The translations under genes and the position numbers were made by a program. Positions 10,504 through 22,556 of a stretch of 64,000 nt of DNA are shown here, piece by piece. Below the pieces are notes generated by a model that did not search any database, was not told the origin of the DNA, and worked only from the letters and a program-made list of their open reading frames with translations. Position 1 is the stretch's first letter; each line of letters starts with the position of its first letter. Source of the stretch: an uncultured Pelagibacteraceae bacterium (GTDB lineage: Bacteria; Pseudomonadota; Alphaproteobacteria; Pelagibacterales; AG-422-B15); the NCBI GenBank assembly GCA_902590345.1, contig CACIWK010000003.1, positions 13,232 through 77,231 on the forward strand. Reading direction: 5' to 3'.

Positions 10504-11081
10504 TCTTTTTCAACTTCATGAATATTGAAACATTCACCCATACTTTCTATAACTAAGCATTTTTTATCATCAACTATCTTCTCCTCTGCAAGATCCACTA
10601 ATTCATAAAAAACTGATCTGGATAAAAGTGCATGGAGATTTTTTCTGATCAGGATATAAGGTGACGGTTCTGAATTTTCTCCAATTTTAATTGTTAATGG
10701 ATTCTCTTTAGAGAGAAGAATTTCTTCATTGAGGTTTGTTTTAAATAGATAGCCAGTTTTACTACTTATCTCAACTTTATTAAGGGACACAGCAACAAAC
10801 GGTGCATCTTCAACCTGAATTCTAACTTTCTCAACGGGTGTAACTAAGTAGTAGCATGAATCTTCATCTAATCTTAAGATGCTTGAGAAAAGTTTAACCA
10901 TCGCAGGTCTTTTTATTTCAGAGCCCATGTAAAACCATTTTCCATTTCTTAAAATCTTCATGTCAATATCACCACAAAATGGAGGGTTCCATTTTTCTAC
11001 AGGCGGCAGTGATTGCTTATTTTTTTTGCTGAAACTATAAATTGTTTCTAGTCCTTTTAAATTTACTGGATTATCGTTCAT
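10500..11081 (-). CDS. DUF1285-like conserved hypothetical protein
   Basis: 193-aa protein overlapping the Nudix start by 4 nt. The position upstream of Nudix-cca matches the alphaproteobacterial DUF1285 context. Family assigned from context and general resemblance only. Confidence 0.55.
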   Translation of the reverse strand: MNDNPVNLKGLETIYSFSKKNKQSLPPVEKWNPPFCGDIDMKILRNGKWFYMGSEIKRPAMVKLFSSILRLDEDSCYYLVTPVEKVRIQVEDAPFVAVSLNKVEISSKTGYLFKTNLNEEILLSKENPLTIKIGENSEPSPYILIRKNLHALLSRSVFYELVDLAEEKIVDDKKCLVIESMGECFNIHEVEKE

Positions 11082-11197
11082 GCTTCACTTGAATTTATAA
11101 TTAATGGATTTATCAATATTTTTCATTATAAAACTTCAATAATCTTTTTAATTAGATAATATTCTCAAGATATAATTAATAATTTTGGAGGTATACT

Positions 11198-11653
11198 ATG
11201 CAAAGCGTGGATGTAAAGGATTTAGAAAATTATAAAGGTAAAGATATGGGACATTCAGATTGGATGTCAATTGATCAAAATAGAATAAATTTATTCGCCG
11301 ATGCAACTGATGATCATCAGTGGATTCATGTTAATGAAGAAAAAGCCCAAAAAGAACTTCCTACTAAAAGCACAATTGCACATGGTTTCTTAAGCCTTTC
11401 TCTATCAGTACCGTTGGCTGGTAAAATCTGGTCAGTTACAGGGGCCAAAATGATGATTAATTATGGCTTAAATAAAGTAAGATTTATTAATATGGTTCCA
11501 GTTAATTCCCGTGTGAGAATGGGAATAAAAATTAAAGAGGTAAACAAATTGGATAACGGCGGAACGCAGGTAATCAGTGAGGCTACTCTCGAAATTGAAG
11601 GACAAGACAAACCAGCATATGTTGCAGAACAAATCATGGTAGCATTTCCTTAA
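11198..11653 (+). CDS. MaoC-like (R)-specific enoyl-CoA hydratase / hot-dog fold dehydratase
   Basis: 151 aa. DQNRINLFADATDDHQWIHVNEE...TIAHGFL is the MaoC dehydratase signature. GGAGG ribosome-binding site 7 nt upstream. Confidence 0.8.
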   Translation: MQSVDVKDLENYKGKDMGHSDWMSIDQNRINLFADATDDHQWIHVNEEKAQKELPTKSTIAHGFLSLSLSVPLAGKIWSVTGAKMMINYGLNKVRFINMVPVNSRVRMGIKIKEVNKLDNGGTQVISEATLEIEGQDKPAYVAEQIMVAFP

Positions 11654-11655
11654 AA

Positions 11656-12498
11656 ATGAGTGATAAATCATTTCCTGATCCAGATGCAAGTTCAATTAAT
11701 TTAAACACTGAGATAATTAAGCTTTTAACCTGGAACGTATGGTGGAAATTTGAAAACTATAAGGAACGAGAAAATCTAATCATTTCTGAAATCAATAATT
11801 CTTGTCCAGATATTTTGTGTCTACAAGAAGTGTGGGAAGAAACTGATGAAAGTCAGGCTAAAATAATCGCAGATCAACTTGGGTATAACTATATCTTTGA
11901 GAAATCATTTGAATTTGATGGTGTTGCATTTGGAAATGCAATCATTACTAAATTCCCAATCAATTCTCACCATACTGTAATGTTTGAGACTGAAGCAGAG
12001 AAAGATGAAAAAAGATTTTTGCTTCATCTCTCATTAAAATATAAAAGTGAGACGATAAACGTTATTTGCACTCACCTTAATTATAAATATGAACATCAGC
12101 AAGTAAGAGAAGATCAAGTAAATCAAATAATAGAATACATTAGTAAATTAGAACAATCAAAATTCCCTATAATTTTGTGCGGAGATTTCAATGCGGATCC
12201 AGAAAGTGATGAAATTAGAAAGATTACTGGTTTAACTAAGCCAGTAAACGATATCGTTTTAAGAGATGTATGGAAATTGACAAATAGAAATGATCCTGGT
12301 TACACTTGGTCAAACAGCAATGATTGGGCAAAAAAAACTTTAGAATATAATCGACGAATTGATTACATATTTTTAGGTAAACCTGGACCTAATGGTCTGG
12401 GTCATCCAATTGAGTGCAACCTTGTCGGCACAGATAAAAATAAATTTTTTCCAAGTGATCACTTTGGATTACTGGCTCATTTGGTCGGTATGAACTGA
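11656..12498 (+). CDS. endonuclease/exonuclease/phosphatase (EEP) family protein
   Basis: EEP motifs LTWNVWW, LCLQEV, GDFNADP and SDHFGL. Substrate not inferable. Confidence 0.75.
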   Translation: MSDKSFPDPDASSINLNTEIIKLLTWNVWWKFENYKERENLIISEINNSCPDILCLQEVWEETDESQAKIIADQLGYNYIFEKSFEFDGVAFGNAIITKFPINSHHTVMFETEAEKDEKRFLLHLSLKYKSETINVICTHLNYKYEHQQVREDQVNQIIEYISKLEQSKFPIILCGDFNADPESDEIRKITGLTKPVNDIVLRDVWKLTNRNDPGYTWSNSNDWAKKTLEYNRRIDYIFLGKPGPNGLGHPIECNLVGTDKNKFFPSDHFGLLAHLVGMN

Positions 12499-12872
12499 TG
12501 AGTATTTTGTTATCCATTTTTTTAGGTGGAGGCGTCGGAGCTTTATTGCGTTTTCTTATAAGTGAACAGACTGATCGATTATTTTTAAGTTCATTTCCAT
12601 TTGGAACAATAGTTGTCAATGTTCTTGGGGCATTTTTGATGGGATTAGTCGTTAGTTATTTTGCAGATAAAGTTAATATATCCCAAAATATAAAAATGTT
12701 TTTAACTATTGGTTTCCTCGGAGGTTTCACGACCTTTTCAACTTTTAATTTGGATTTTTATCAATTATTCAGCAACGGAGAAATTTTAGCCTCGCTTTTA
12801 TATCTGTTTGTGACATTCACATTTACGGTTATAGCTTTTTATCTTGGGCTAAGTTTATTCAAATTTCTTTAA
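12498..12872 (+). CDS. crcB: fluoride ion channel CrcB/Fluc
   Basis: 124-aa four-TM protein with GGVGALLRF and GFLGGFTTFSTF motifs. Its start overlaps the EEP stop (TGATG). Confidence 0.9.
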   Translation: MSILLSIFLGGGVGALLRFLISEQTDRLFLSSFPFGTIVVNVLGAFLMGLVVSYFADKVNISQNIKMFLTIGFLGGFTTFSTFNLDFYQLFSNGEILASLLYLFVTFTFTVIAFYLGLSLFKFL

Positions 12873-12873
12873 A

Positions 12874-13425
12874 TTATTTATTACGTCTTCTTAACATAAA
12901 TTCAGCAAGCCCATCGTAACCTTTCTCAATCATCATTTTCGCTGATGCAACATTTTGAACTTGATCAAGAGGCTTTATTTGATGAGCAACAACTGTGGTA
13001 TTCATAAATTGTGCAGCAGAACAAATAGAGATAATTTCGGATATAACTTTTTCATCAAAGCCATATTCTAATATAGCAGTTACATCTTCTTCAGTAATTG
13101 AACGAATGTCTTCATTTACTTTGTGAGATAATTTTAGAATTGGCTTATACTTAGCTTCTATTTGTGATTGTTCAATATCATTCATAAAATCTAGGTCATT
13201 CTTGTCTCTTAAAATTTTCTTTGATATTTCAACATGAATATTCTTGCAGTACCCACAGCCGTTTAATCCTGAGACATAGGCGAATATCATCTCTTTAATA
13301 TGTGTTGGTAATAGTGTTTCTTGTCTCATTAGAGACTCTAAATAAGCCACATAATGTTTCTGATAGCCCCAGTTATCTAAAAAGACATCATATACTGATT
13401 TATACTTATTTAAAAAATTACTCAT
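12874..13425 (-). CDS. AhpD-like / carboxymuconolactone decarboxylase family peroxidase-related protein
   Basis: 183 aa with the CxxC active-site context GLNGCGYCKNIH typical of the AhpD-fold family. Confidence 0.65.
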   Translation of the reverse strand: MSNFLNKYKSVYDVFLDNWGYQKHYVAYLESLMRQETLLPTHIKEMIFAYVSGLNGCGYCKNIHVEISKKILRDKNDLDFMNDIEQSQIEAKYKPILKLSHKVNEDIRSITEEDVTAILEYGFDEKVISEIISICSAAQFMNTTVVAHQIKPLDQVQNVASAKMMIEKGYDGLAEFMLRRRNK

Positions 13426-13440
13426 ATTTTTGATCCTAAT

Positions 13441-13515
13441 TGGCTGGGGCGGGAGGATTCGAACCTCCGAATGCCGCTACCAAAAAGCGGTGCCTTACCG
13501 CTTGGCCACGCCCCA
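13441..13515 (-). tRNA. tRNA-Gln (anticodon TTG)
   Basis: The reverse complement folds as a 75-nt cloverleaf: acceptor TGGGGCG/CGCCCCA, anticodon stem CCGCT/AGCGG with loop TTTTGGT, T arm GGAGG-TTCGAAT-CCTCC, encoded CCA. Very close to E. coli tRNA-Gln. Confidence 0.92.
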
Positions 13516-13558
13516 ACGCTATATAATTATTTAATTTAAGAAAAAGATTTTGCAATCT

Positions 13559-14392
13559 TTATATTAACCTCGTTAGATATGTCCACCAATTGGGGTGTTC
13601 TTCAGATATCCTCTGTATTGCATCCTCCGCCTTTTGTTTATCTTTATAAACAGTAAAATATGCAGAGCCACTTCCTGTCATTCGTTCATACTTACAATTT
13701 ATATCATTATCTAAATATTCTCTTATTTTTTTCATTTCTTGATTAGCAAGAAGTGCCGTTTTTTCCAATTCATTTGATGTACCTTTTAGAATTCCGTCTA
13801 AGTTAGTATCTTTATTGTATGAGAATTTTTCTCCACTTAGATTAGAATGTTTATTAAAAATATCCTTAGTACTATTTTGAACATTTGGAAATACAATTAG
13901 AAAATGCTTATCCGAATTGATTTTTAACCTTTGATCAACATTCCCTTTTCCAGAAATAAGTGCAGATCCCTCATCAATAAAAAATTCAATGTCTGACCCA
14001 AGATTTCTTGCAATTTCAGTTGAGCTTGAATTATCTAACAAATTGGATCTTATTAAATATTTAATTATTTCTGCGACATTTGATGAACCGCCACCTAAAC
14101 CCGATCCCACTGGTATATTTTTTACAACATGAATAGCAAATGATTTCTGCTTTAAATAATTCTTATCAATTAAATAATTAAATAATTTAGAAATATGATC
14201 ATTGGATCCCACTTGGTCTCCAAAAGGGCCATTATATGAGATACTAAATGAGCTTTCATCTTTTATTCTTATCTCATCATAAAGATCGATCCTTGATAAC
14301 ACTGAGTTTAATTCGTGAAAACCAGTATCAAGTTTGTCTACTACATTTAAGAAAAGATTTATTTTTGCGTAGGATTTTATGGTATTTAACAA
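13559..14392 (-). CDS. ispE: 4-diphosphocytidyl-2-C-methyl-D-erythritol kinase
   Basis: GHMP kinase motif PVGSGLGGGSSNVA, N-terminal AKINLFLNV, 277 aa. Confidence 0.9.
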   Translation of the reverse strand: MLNTIKSYAKINLFLNVVDKLDTGFHELNSVLSRIDLYDEIRIKDESSFSISYNGPFGDQVGSNDHISKLFNYLIDKNYLKQKSFAIHVVKNIPVGSGLGGGSSNVAEIIKYLIRSNLLDNSSSTEIARNLGSDIEFFIDEGSALISGKGNVDQRLKINSDKHFLIVFPNVQNSTKDIFNKHSNLSGEKFSYNKDTNLDGILKGTSNELEKTALLANQEMKKIREYLDNDINCKYERMTGSGSAYFTVYKDKQKAEDAIQRISEEHPNWWTYLTRLI

Positions 14393-14397
14393 CGTAC

Positions 14398-16056
14398 TTA
14401 GATTCCTTTAAGTAGTTTGATTTTAACTTTGTCCTCAAATATATTTTCCTGATCTAAATCTATAGCTTTCTGCCAATAAAAACGTGCTTCAAGTTCATTT
14501 CCCAGCTTCCAGAGCACATCACCATAATGATCATTTACAGTAGGATCGTATGGCATCATATCTAAAGAAAACTCCAACAAAGATAGAGCTTCATTATACT
14601 TACCAACTTTAAAATAATACCATGCAAGGCTATCAACTATGTATGGATCGTTTGGTTTCAATTCCATTGCTTGTTCTATCATAACTTTAGCCTCGGATAT
14701 ATTTTGATCCATATCGATATAAGAATATCCTAAATAATTGAGAACATCTGCTTGATCTTCAGATAGTTTCAATGATCTTTTTAAATTCTTTTCAGCTAAC
14801 TTCCAATTTTTAGAACGTTCATGAACAATTCCAATATTAAAGTAAACTTCCCAAATGTTTTCTTTATCAAATTTTTTACCAAGCTTTAATGCATGATCAT
14901 AGTTATCAATTGCATCAGACCAATTCTTCTCATAGCGGTGATAATTTCCTAGTGAAAGGTAAGCTTCAAAGCTATCATCAACCTCCACAAAGGTATTTAA
15001 ATTTTGAATTGCTTTTTCATTGTTGCCCTCGTAGCTATATGCATCTGAAATTTGAATTGCGGCAAAATTACCGAGATAATGCTTCTTTGGAATATAACTC
15101 AGCACCTCTCTTGCTTTATCATGATTTTCCAACTGATTAAGAAAAGAGGCAAATATATACTTGATCTCATGTAAATTAGGAGAGGTGTCAATTGCTAGTT
15201 GATATAACATATGTGCGAGTTCTTCATTTAAATCCTCAATCAAAAGCTGTGAATTAAATAAAACCACTCCTATTCCTTGAAGAGGGTTTTGAATAATCCT
15301 ATTTTTATTTGAAGTTAAAAATTTATTTTGAAATTCTTCATCATATGAAGACAAAAACTCATCTGCAAAAGCATCTTTCTTCTCAATCAAATTATTTCGA
15401 TGTAGAAAATTATAATATAGACGTAAAACGTATAAATCTCTTTGTACTGATAAAGATTGGTCATAAAAAACCTCCGCTAATTCAATCTCATCAGCATAGT
15501 CATAAATTAGTGCTTTATGCACAAGTGTTAGGTGTTGATGTTCGCCTGTGGAAATTAAATCGATTAGCGCCATACTTTTATCTATTGTGTTACTATCGGC
15601 CCATACCCAAGCTCTAAGCAGTCGTACAAACGTGCTATCAGATAAATTCCCTCTCCAAATACTTGCAAAACTTTGATCAGCAAAACCTGGCTTATAAGAG
15701 TTTAAGTAAGAAATCCCATTAACAAGATGACCTTGTGGTGATTGATTATTCATACAACATGAATTCACATTTTTATCACAGCCTGCTTTTGCAAGTTTGA
15801 AAGAGTAGTTATTTGCACTAAGCAAATCTCCATCCAAGATACTAAGCAACAACAGTCTATCTAAAGCAAGTAAATCGTTTGGATTCGATCTGTGCAGCCT
15901 TTGATAATATCTCTTAGTTGTGCTGTAGTCATTTGAGTCACTAGAAATTTTTGCAACCAAGTAATCGCCCACCTGAGGCGGAATAAATTGTGCTGCATGA
16001 AGATTAATGCTTGAGATGTTAAATATTAGTAAAAATATAATTGTTCTTATAAGCAT
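14398..16056 (-). CDS. secreted TPR-repeat protein
   Basis: Multiple TPR-like repeats in the C-terminal half. I moved the start from 16116 to the internal Met at 16056. This gives a signal peptide (MLIRTIIFLLIFNISSINLHA) and removes the overlap with the ETF-QO gene. TPR-ispE synteny is common in alphaproteobacteria. Confidence 0.7.
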   Translation of the reverse strand: MLIRTIIFLLIFNISSINLHAAQFIPPQVGDYLVAKISSDSNDYSTTKRYYQRLHRSNPNDLLALDRLLLLSILDGDLLSANNYSFKLAKAGCDKNVNSCCMNNQSPQGHLVNGISYLNSYKPGFADQSFASIWRGNLSDSTFVRLLRAWVWADSNTIDKSMALIDLISTGEHQHLTLVHKALIYDYADEIELAEVFYDQSLSVQRDLYVLRLYYNFLHRNNLIEKKDAFADEFLSSYDEEFQNKFLTSNKNRIIQNPLQGIGVVLFNSQLLIEDLNEELAHMLYQLAIDTSPNLHEIKYIFASFLNQLENHDKAREVLSYIPKKHYLGNFAAIQISDAYSYEGNNEKAIQNLNTFVEVDDSFEAYLSLGNYHRYEKNWSDAIDNYDHALKLGKKFDKENIWEVYFNIGIVHERSKNWKLAEKNLKRSLKLSEDQADVLNYLGYSYIDMDQNISEAKVMIEQAMELKPNDPYIVDSLAWYYFKVGKYNEALSLLEFSLDMMPYDPTVNDHYGDVLWKLGNELEARFYWQKAIDLDQENIFEDKVKIKLLKGI

Positions 16057-16067
16057 AGACTTATGCT

Positions 16068-17714
16068 TTACATATTCGCATATTTTGGGCCACCGCCACC
16101 CTCTGGTGTTACCCAATTTATGTTTTGAGACGGTTCTTTAATATCGCATGTTTTGCAGTGTATGCAGTTCTGACTATTAATTACAAATTTTGGATCTGAA
16201 CCATCATCATTTCTATGAACTTCATAAACACCTACTGGACAGTACCTTTGAGAAGGCTCATCAAACTTTTCTAACGTGTAACTAATTGGTAATTCTTTAT
16301 CCTTCAATTGAAGGTGAACAGGTTGATTTTCAGTATGATAAGTTCCAGTAAGAAATACCGAACTAGCCCTATCAAAAGTTAAAACGCCATCTGGTTTTGG
16401 ATAATTTATTTTTTTTGCTTCTTTTGCATCTTCTAACGTTTCATGATCAGCATGTTTATGCGATAGAGTAAAAGGAAGCTTTCCCATAAATAACCACTGA
16501 TCAATTCCTGTAAGTAAAATACCAAGGATATTTCCAAACCTTGTAAAGAAAGGTTTAACATTCCTAGCAGATTTTAATTCGCTATAAACCCAACTCTTTT
16601 TGAATAAAGCCTCGTAACAAGATAGATCATTGGACTTACCCGAAAGGAATTCATTAATAGCTTCAGCAGCAATCATTCCACTTTTCATGGCAGTATGAGT
16701 TCCTTTTATTTTTGGCATATTTAACGTACCGGCATCACAGCCAATTAATAATGCGCCGGGCATGTGCATCTGAGGCAGACTTTGTATGCCACCCTCAATC
16801 AATGCTCTGGCACCGTAGGATACTCTTTTTCCGCCACTTAACATTTTTTTTATTGCAGGATGTGTTTTAAACCTTTGAAACTCTTCAAAAGGTGACAAAT
16901 ACGGGTTCTTATAATCAAGTCCAACTACATATCCCAAAAATATTTGATTATTTTCTGCATGGTAAACAAAACTCCCTCCATAGGTTTTATTGTCTAAGGG
17001 CCAACCGGTTGAATGAAATACTAAGCCTTCATCATGATTTTCTTCAGGTACTTCCCATATTTCTTTCAAACCAATTCCGTACTGTTGTGGGTCTGAATTT
17101 TTTGCGAGTTCAAACTTCTCTATTAATTGCTTACCTAAATGGCCTCTACACCCTTCAGCAAATACTGTTGTTTTTGCGTGTAGCTCAATACCAGGCTCAT
17201 AGGAATCTTTTTTTTCATTATTTACGTTCAGTCCCATGTCATTTGTGGCCACGCCTCTTACTTTTCCATCTTCATCGTACAAAATTTCAGAAGCTGCAAA
17301 ACCAGGATATATTTCAACTCCTAAGTTTTCAGCGATTTGTCCAAGCCATCTACACATATTCGCAAGGCTAGCAATGTAATTTCCTTTATTATGTTGAACA
17401 GGTGGTAATAAAAACGAGGGAACAGTAAAATGAGATTTTTCAAAAAGAAATAAAAACTTTTCTTTTGTGACTTTTGTTTTCAGAGGACAGCCGTCTATAG
17501 TTTTCCAATCTGGAAGTAGCTCATCAAGAGCTCTTGTTTCAAATACATTTCCACTTAATATATGAGCGCCAACCTCAGATGCTTTTTCTACAATGCAGAC
17601 ATTAATTTCTGGGTTTATTTGTTTGAGTTTTATCGCGGTTGAAAGTCCTGAAGGACCTGCACCCACGATTACAACATCGTACTCCATTGATTCTCTTTGC
17701 TGAATAGTATCCAT
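16068..17714 (-). CDS. electron transfer flavoprotein-ubiquinone oxidoreductase (ETF-QO)
   Basis: FAD fold VVIVGAGPSGLSTA. C-terminal 4Fe-4S ferredoxin-like region CPVGVYE...NCIHCKTCDIK. 548 aa. Confidence 0.93.
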   Translation of the reverse strand: MDTIQQRESMEYDVVIVGAGPSGLSTAIKLKQINPEINVCIVEKASEVGAHILSGNVFETRALDELLPDWKTIDGCPLKTKVTKEKFLFLFEKSHFTVPSFLLPPVQHNKGNYIASLANMCRWLGQIAENLGVEIYPGFAASEILYDEDGKVRGVATNDMGLNVNNEKKDSYEPGIELHAKTTVFAEGCRGHLGKQLIEKFELAKNSDPQQYGIGLKEIWEVPEENHDEGLVFHSTGWPLDNKTYGGSFVYHAENNQIFLGYVVGLDYKNPYLSPFEEFQRFKTHPAIKKMLSGGKRVSYGARALIEGGIQSLPQMHMPGALLIGCDAGTLNMPKIKGTHTAMKSGMIAAEAINEFLSGKSNDLSCYEALFKKSWVYSELKSARNVKPFFTRFGNILGILLTGIDQWLFMGKLPFTLSHKHADHETLEDAKEAKKINYPKPDGVLTFDRASSVFLTGTYHTENQPVHLQLKDKELPISYTLEKFDEPSQRYCPVGVYEVHRNDDGSDPKFVINSQNCIHCKTCDIKEPSQNINWVTPEGGGGPKYANM

Positions 17715-17760
17715 AATTAACTATATATTTAGTTTATAGGTATTATAATTCAATTTGTTT

Positions 17761-18510
17761 ATGACCGATGCAAAAGTTCAAAACACTCTAAAGCAGCTCA
17801 ACCACCTAAAGATGAGTGGGGTGAATGAAAACATTGGAAATTCGCCAAAAAATCGCTACGGAACTAAAAAATCATTGAAATCAAAAACTAGTGACAGCTC
17901 TATATCTGTTAATAACTCATCGATTGAGGATCAAAAAACTATCAACTCACTAGAATCATTAGATTCATTGAAAGACTTCATGGCAAATTATGACAAATGT
18001 AAGCTTCACGAAAGTGCAACGAATATGGTGTTTTCTGATGGAAACCCAAAATCAGAAATTATGCTTATTGGTGAAGCTCCTGGCCATGATGAGGATATTC
18101 AAGGAAAACCCTTTGTTGGTAGAAGCGGTAAACTCTTAGATAAAATGCTTGAGGCGATAAACCTTAATCGAGAAAAGGTATATATTGCAAATATTGTACC
18201 TTGGAGACCTCCTAATAACAGACGGCCAACAGATGAAGAAATAGATATGTGTCTGCCAATGATTAAGAAACACATAGAGTTGATTAATCCTAAAGCAATA
18301 TTGCTATTAGGATCAACAGCGACTTATGCACTTATTAGAAATACTGAAGGAATAACAAAGATTAGGGGTAAATGGGTAGATATTGAAATTAACAAAAAAC
18401 AATATCCCACCCTGCCCACTTTTCACCCTGCTTTTTTATTAAGGCAACCTGGACAAAAAAAATATTCGTGGGAGGACTTAAAAAGTCTTAAGAAAAAAGT
18501 TGAATCATAA
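17761..18510 (+). CDS. family 4 uracil-DNA glycosylase with Ser/Asn-rich N-terminal extension
   Basis: GEAPGHDEDIQGKPFVGRSG and HPAFLLR motifs of family 4 UDG. ATG at 17761 is preferred over the TTG at 17755 in the ORF track. Confidence 0.85.
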   Translation: MTDAKVQNTLKQLNHLKMSGVNENIGNSPKNRYGTKKSLKSKTSDSSISVNNSSIEDQKTINSLESLDSLKDFMANYDKCKLHESATNMVFSDGNPKSEIMLIGEAPGHDEDIQGKPFVGRSGKLLDKMLEAINLNREKVYIANIVPWRPPNNRRPTDEEIDMCLPMIKKHIELINPKAILLLGSTATYALIRNTEGITKIRGKWVDIEINKKQYPTLPTFHPAFLLRQPGQKKYSWEDLKSLKKKVES

Positions 18511-19114
18511 TTTTAACGATCAAATCAATTTGTTGGATTTTGAAAAAAATTTTAATTGTCCAGTTGCTGGTGTTGATGAGGTAGGACGTGGTCCTTTAGC
18601 GGGACCAGTAGTGGCAGCAGCAGTAATTTTGGATAAAAACAACCTTCCTGCAGGTATTAGAGACTCAAAAAAAATATCAAAAAATAAAAGAGAAATAATT
18701 GCAGAAAAAATTAGATTAAACAGTCATTATGCATATGGAGAGGCGTCAGTAGAAGAAATTGACAATTTAAATATTTTACAAGCTTCGTTACTTGCAATGA
18801 AAAGAGCTATTGAGTCTCTAAAAATAGTGCCATCAATGTCTCTTATTGATGGAATATATACGCCTAAAGTTGATTTAACATGCAAACCAATTGTTAAAGG
18901 TGACAGTAAATCAATTTCAATTGCTGCAGCTTCAATTCTAGCCAAAGTTTACAGAGATAAGATTATGACTAAGCTTGCTAAAAGATATCCTGAATATTCA
19001 TTTGAAAAAAATTCAGGATATGGAACAAAAGAGCACCTTTCGGCTCTGAAATCTCATGGAATTACCCCTATCCATCGAAAAAGTTTCAAACCCGTCTACA
19101 ATATATTGAATTAA
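18500..19114 (+). CDS. rnhB: ribonuclease HII
   Basis: GVDEVGRGPLAGPVV catalytic motif and SKxIS/ASILAK motifs. Apparent TTG start overlapping the UDG stop. Confidence 0.92.
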   Translation: MNHNFNDQINLLDFEKNFNCPVAGVDEVGRGPLAGPVVAAAVILDKNNLPAGIRDSKKISKNKREIIAEKIRLNSHYAYGEASVEEIDNLNILQASLLAMKRAIESLKIVPSMSLIDGIYTPKVDLTCKPIVKGDSKSISIAAASILAKVYRDKIMTKLAKRYPEYSFEKNSGYGTKEHLSALKSHGITPIHRKSFKPVYNILN

Positions 19115-19133
19115 GAAAATAAATTAAGTTATT

Positions 19134-21329
<2,196 letters not shown>

Positions 21330-21350
21330 TTTCGTGTTACTTTATTTTTT

Positions 21351-21818
21351 ATGTTTCAAAAGAAATTAAAAGGCCCTCAAATATTATCAAATCTTCTTCC
21401 AGAAGAAGCAAAGAAAATCCTTAAATCAAGAGGTTTTTCAGAGTTAGAACTCTTAGCAAATTGGGAGAGAATTGTAGGCATAAAATTTGCAAAATTAACC
21501 ATTCCATTACGGCTTAAAATAGGTAAGAGCAGTGAAAAAAATAATGGTAAATTAATTGTTAAAGTTGATAGAAGTGTGGCTTTTGCGTTTGAGCACGAGC
21601 GAGAGAAAATAATTAAAAAAATTAATCTTTTTTTTGGCTATGAAGTGATCAACAAAGTTGAAATAATACAAGAATCAATCAAGATTAAAAAAACAATTAA
21701 AATCAATAAATTAGAAAGTGATATTAAGAGCCAAAGTAAGAATTATGATGAACTAAAAAAATATCCTGATCTTAGAAGAAACTTTGAAAAAATCGCTTCA
21801 AAAATTTTAAAGTCCTAA
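21351..21818 (+). CDS. DUF721-like conserved hypothetical protein
   Basis: 155 aa. WERIVG...A..T.P motif and the position between mutY and dsbA-smc match the alphaproteobacterial DUF721 context. Confidence 0.6.
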   Translation: MFQKKLKGPQILSNLLPEEAKKILKSRGFSELELLANWERIVGIKFAKLTIPLRLKIGKSSEKNNGKLIVKVDRSVAFAFEHEREKIIKKINLFFGYEVINKVEIIQESIKIKKTIKINKLESDIKSQSKNYDELKKYPDLRRNFEKIASKILKS

Positions 21819-21878
21819 TTCAAACAAAATTTTCTGCTACTCCAACAGAGTAATAAATCCTATTAAAATAAGGAAAAA

Positions 21879-22556
21879 TTGAGTATATTCAACATGTTGT
21901 ATATATATAAAAAAAACAAGCAAAATATGGGTTTTAAATCTAATTTTTTATTCAGTACTAGTTTTATTGTATTTCTATTTACGTTGATGTTTCCAATTAA
22001 TGGATTGTATGCCAGCAGTACATTAAAGGGTATGCAGTTAGGTGATAGCGACGCACCAGTGAAAATTATTGAATATAGATCGCTCACTTGCAGTCATTGC
22101 GCAGACTTTAGTAATGACACCTTTGCAGAAATTAAAGAAAATTATATCGATAAAGGTAAAGTGAATTTTGAATTGAGACCTTTCGCTCTCAATGCGATTG
22201 ATCTTAACGCTTTTAAATTACTTCATTGTGTTGATGAAAATGATTTTTTTGCAATGGACAAAATCTTGTTTAAAGATCAAAAAAAATGGATTGTAACTAA
22301 TCAGAGCGATAAAGTACTAGAAAACAGCACTAATGCACTTAAGAATTACGGGGCCCTATTCGGCGTATCTGAGGAGGCGTTTAATAGCTGTATGGAAAAT
22401 GAGAATATTACTGATTTTATACTGGAGCAGCGCATAGAGGGTGTTGAGGAGTATGATATATCTTCAACTCCAACTTTCATAATCAATGGTGAAATTTATG
22501 CAGGCAATATGTCGATTAATGAATTTGATGAAATAATTGAAAAAGAAATTAATTAA
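21879..22556 (+). CDS. DsbA-family periplasmic thiol:disulfide oxidoreductase
   Basis: CSHC active site in a thioredoxin-fold context (IIEYRSLTCSHCADF) and C-terminal STPTFIING. The true start is possibly the Met at 21927, which gives a signal peptide. Confidence 0.8.
   Translation: MSIFNMLYIYKKNKQNMGFKSNFLFSTSFIVFLFTLMFPINGLYASSTLKGMQLGDSDAPVKIIEYRSLTCSHCADFSNDTFAEIKENYIDKGKVNFELRPFALNAIDLNAFKLLHCVDENDFFAMDKILFKDQKKWIVTNQSDKVLENSTNALKNYGALFGVSEEAFNSCMENENITDFILEQRIEGVEEYDISSTPTFIINGEIYAGNMSINEFDEIIEKEIN

Noticed and set aside
11082-11197. Fluoride riboswitch upstream of the operon containing crcB.
   Set aside because: The region is almost pure A/T with no GC-containing pseudoknot elements. 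Only a GGAGG ribosome-binding site is evident.
13426-13558. Integration scars at tRNA-Gln, and likewise at tRNA-Leu (51785-51983).
   Set aside because: I looked for a second copy of each tRNA 3' half in the flanking few kb and saw none. The flanking genes are ordinary housekeeping genes packed tightly against the tRNAs.
16057-16116. Upstream 20 codons of the TPR protein ORF that overlap the ETF-QO 3' end.
   Set aside because: The internal Met at 16056 yields a typical signal peptide and removes a 49-nt same-strand overlap. The extension (MGNTRGWRWPKICEYVKHKS) looks like read-through of the neighbouring gene's alternate frame.
19111-19127. CtrA box (TTAA-N7-TTAA) upstream of ccrM.
   Set aside because: The two TTAA half-sites are separated by 9 nt rather than 7, and TTAA is frequent in this AT-rich DNA.
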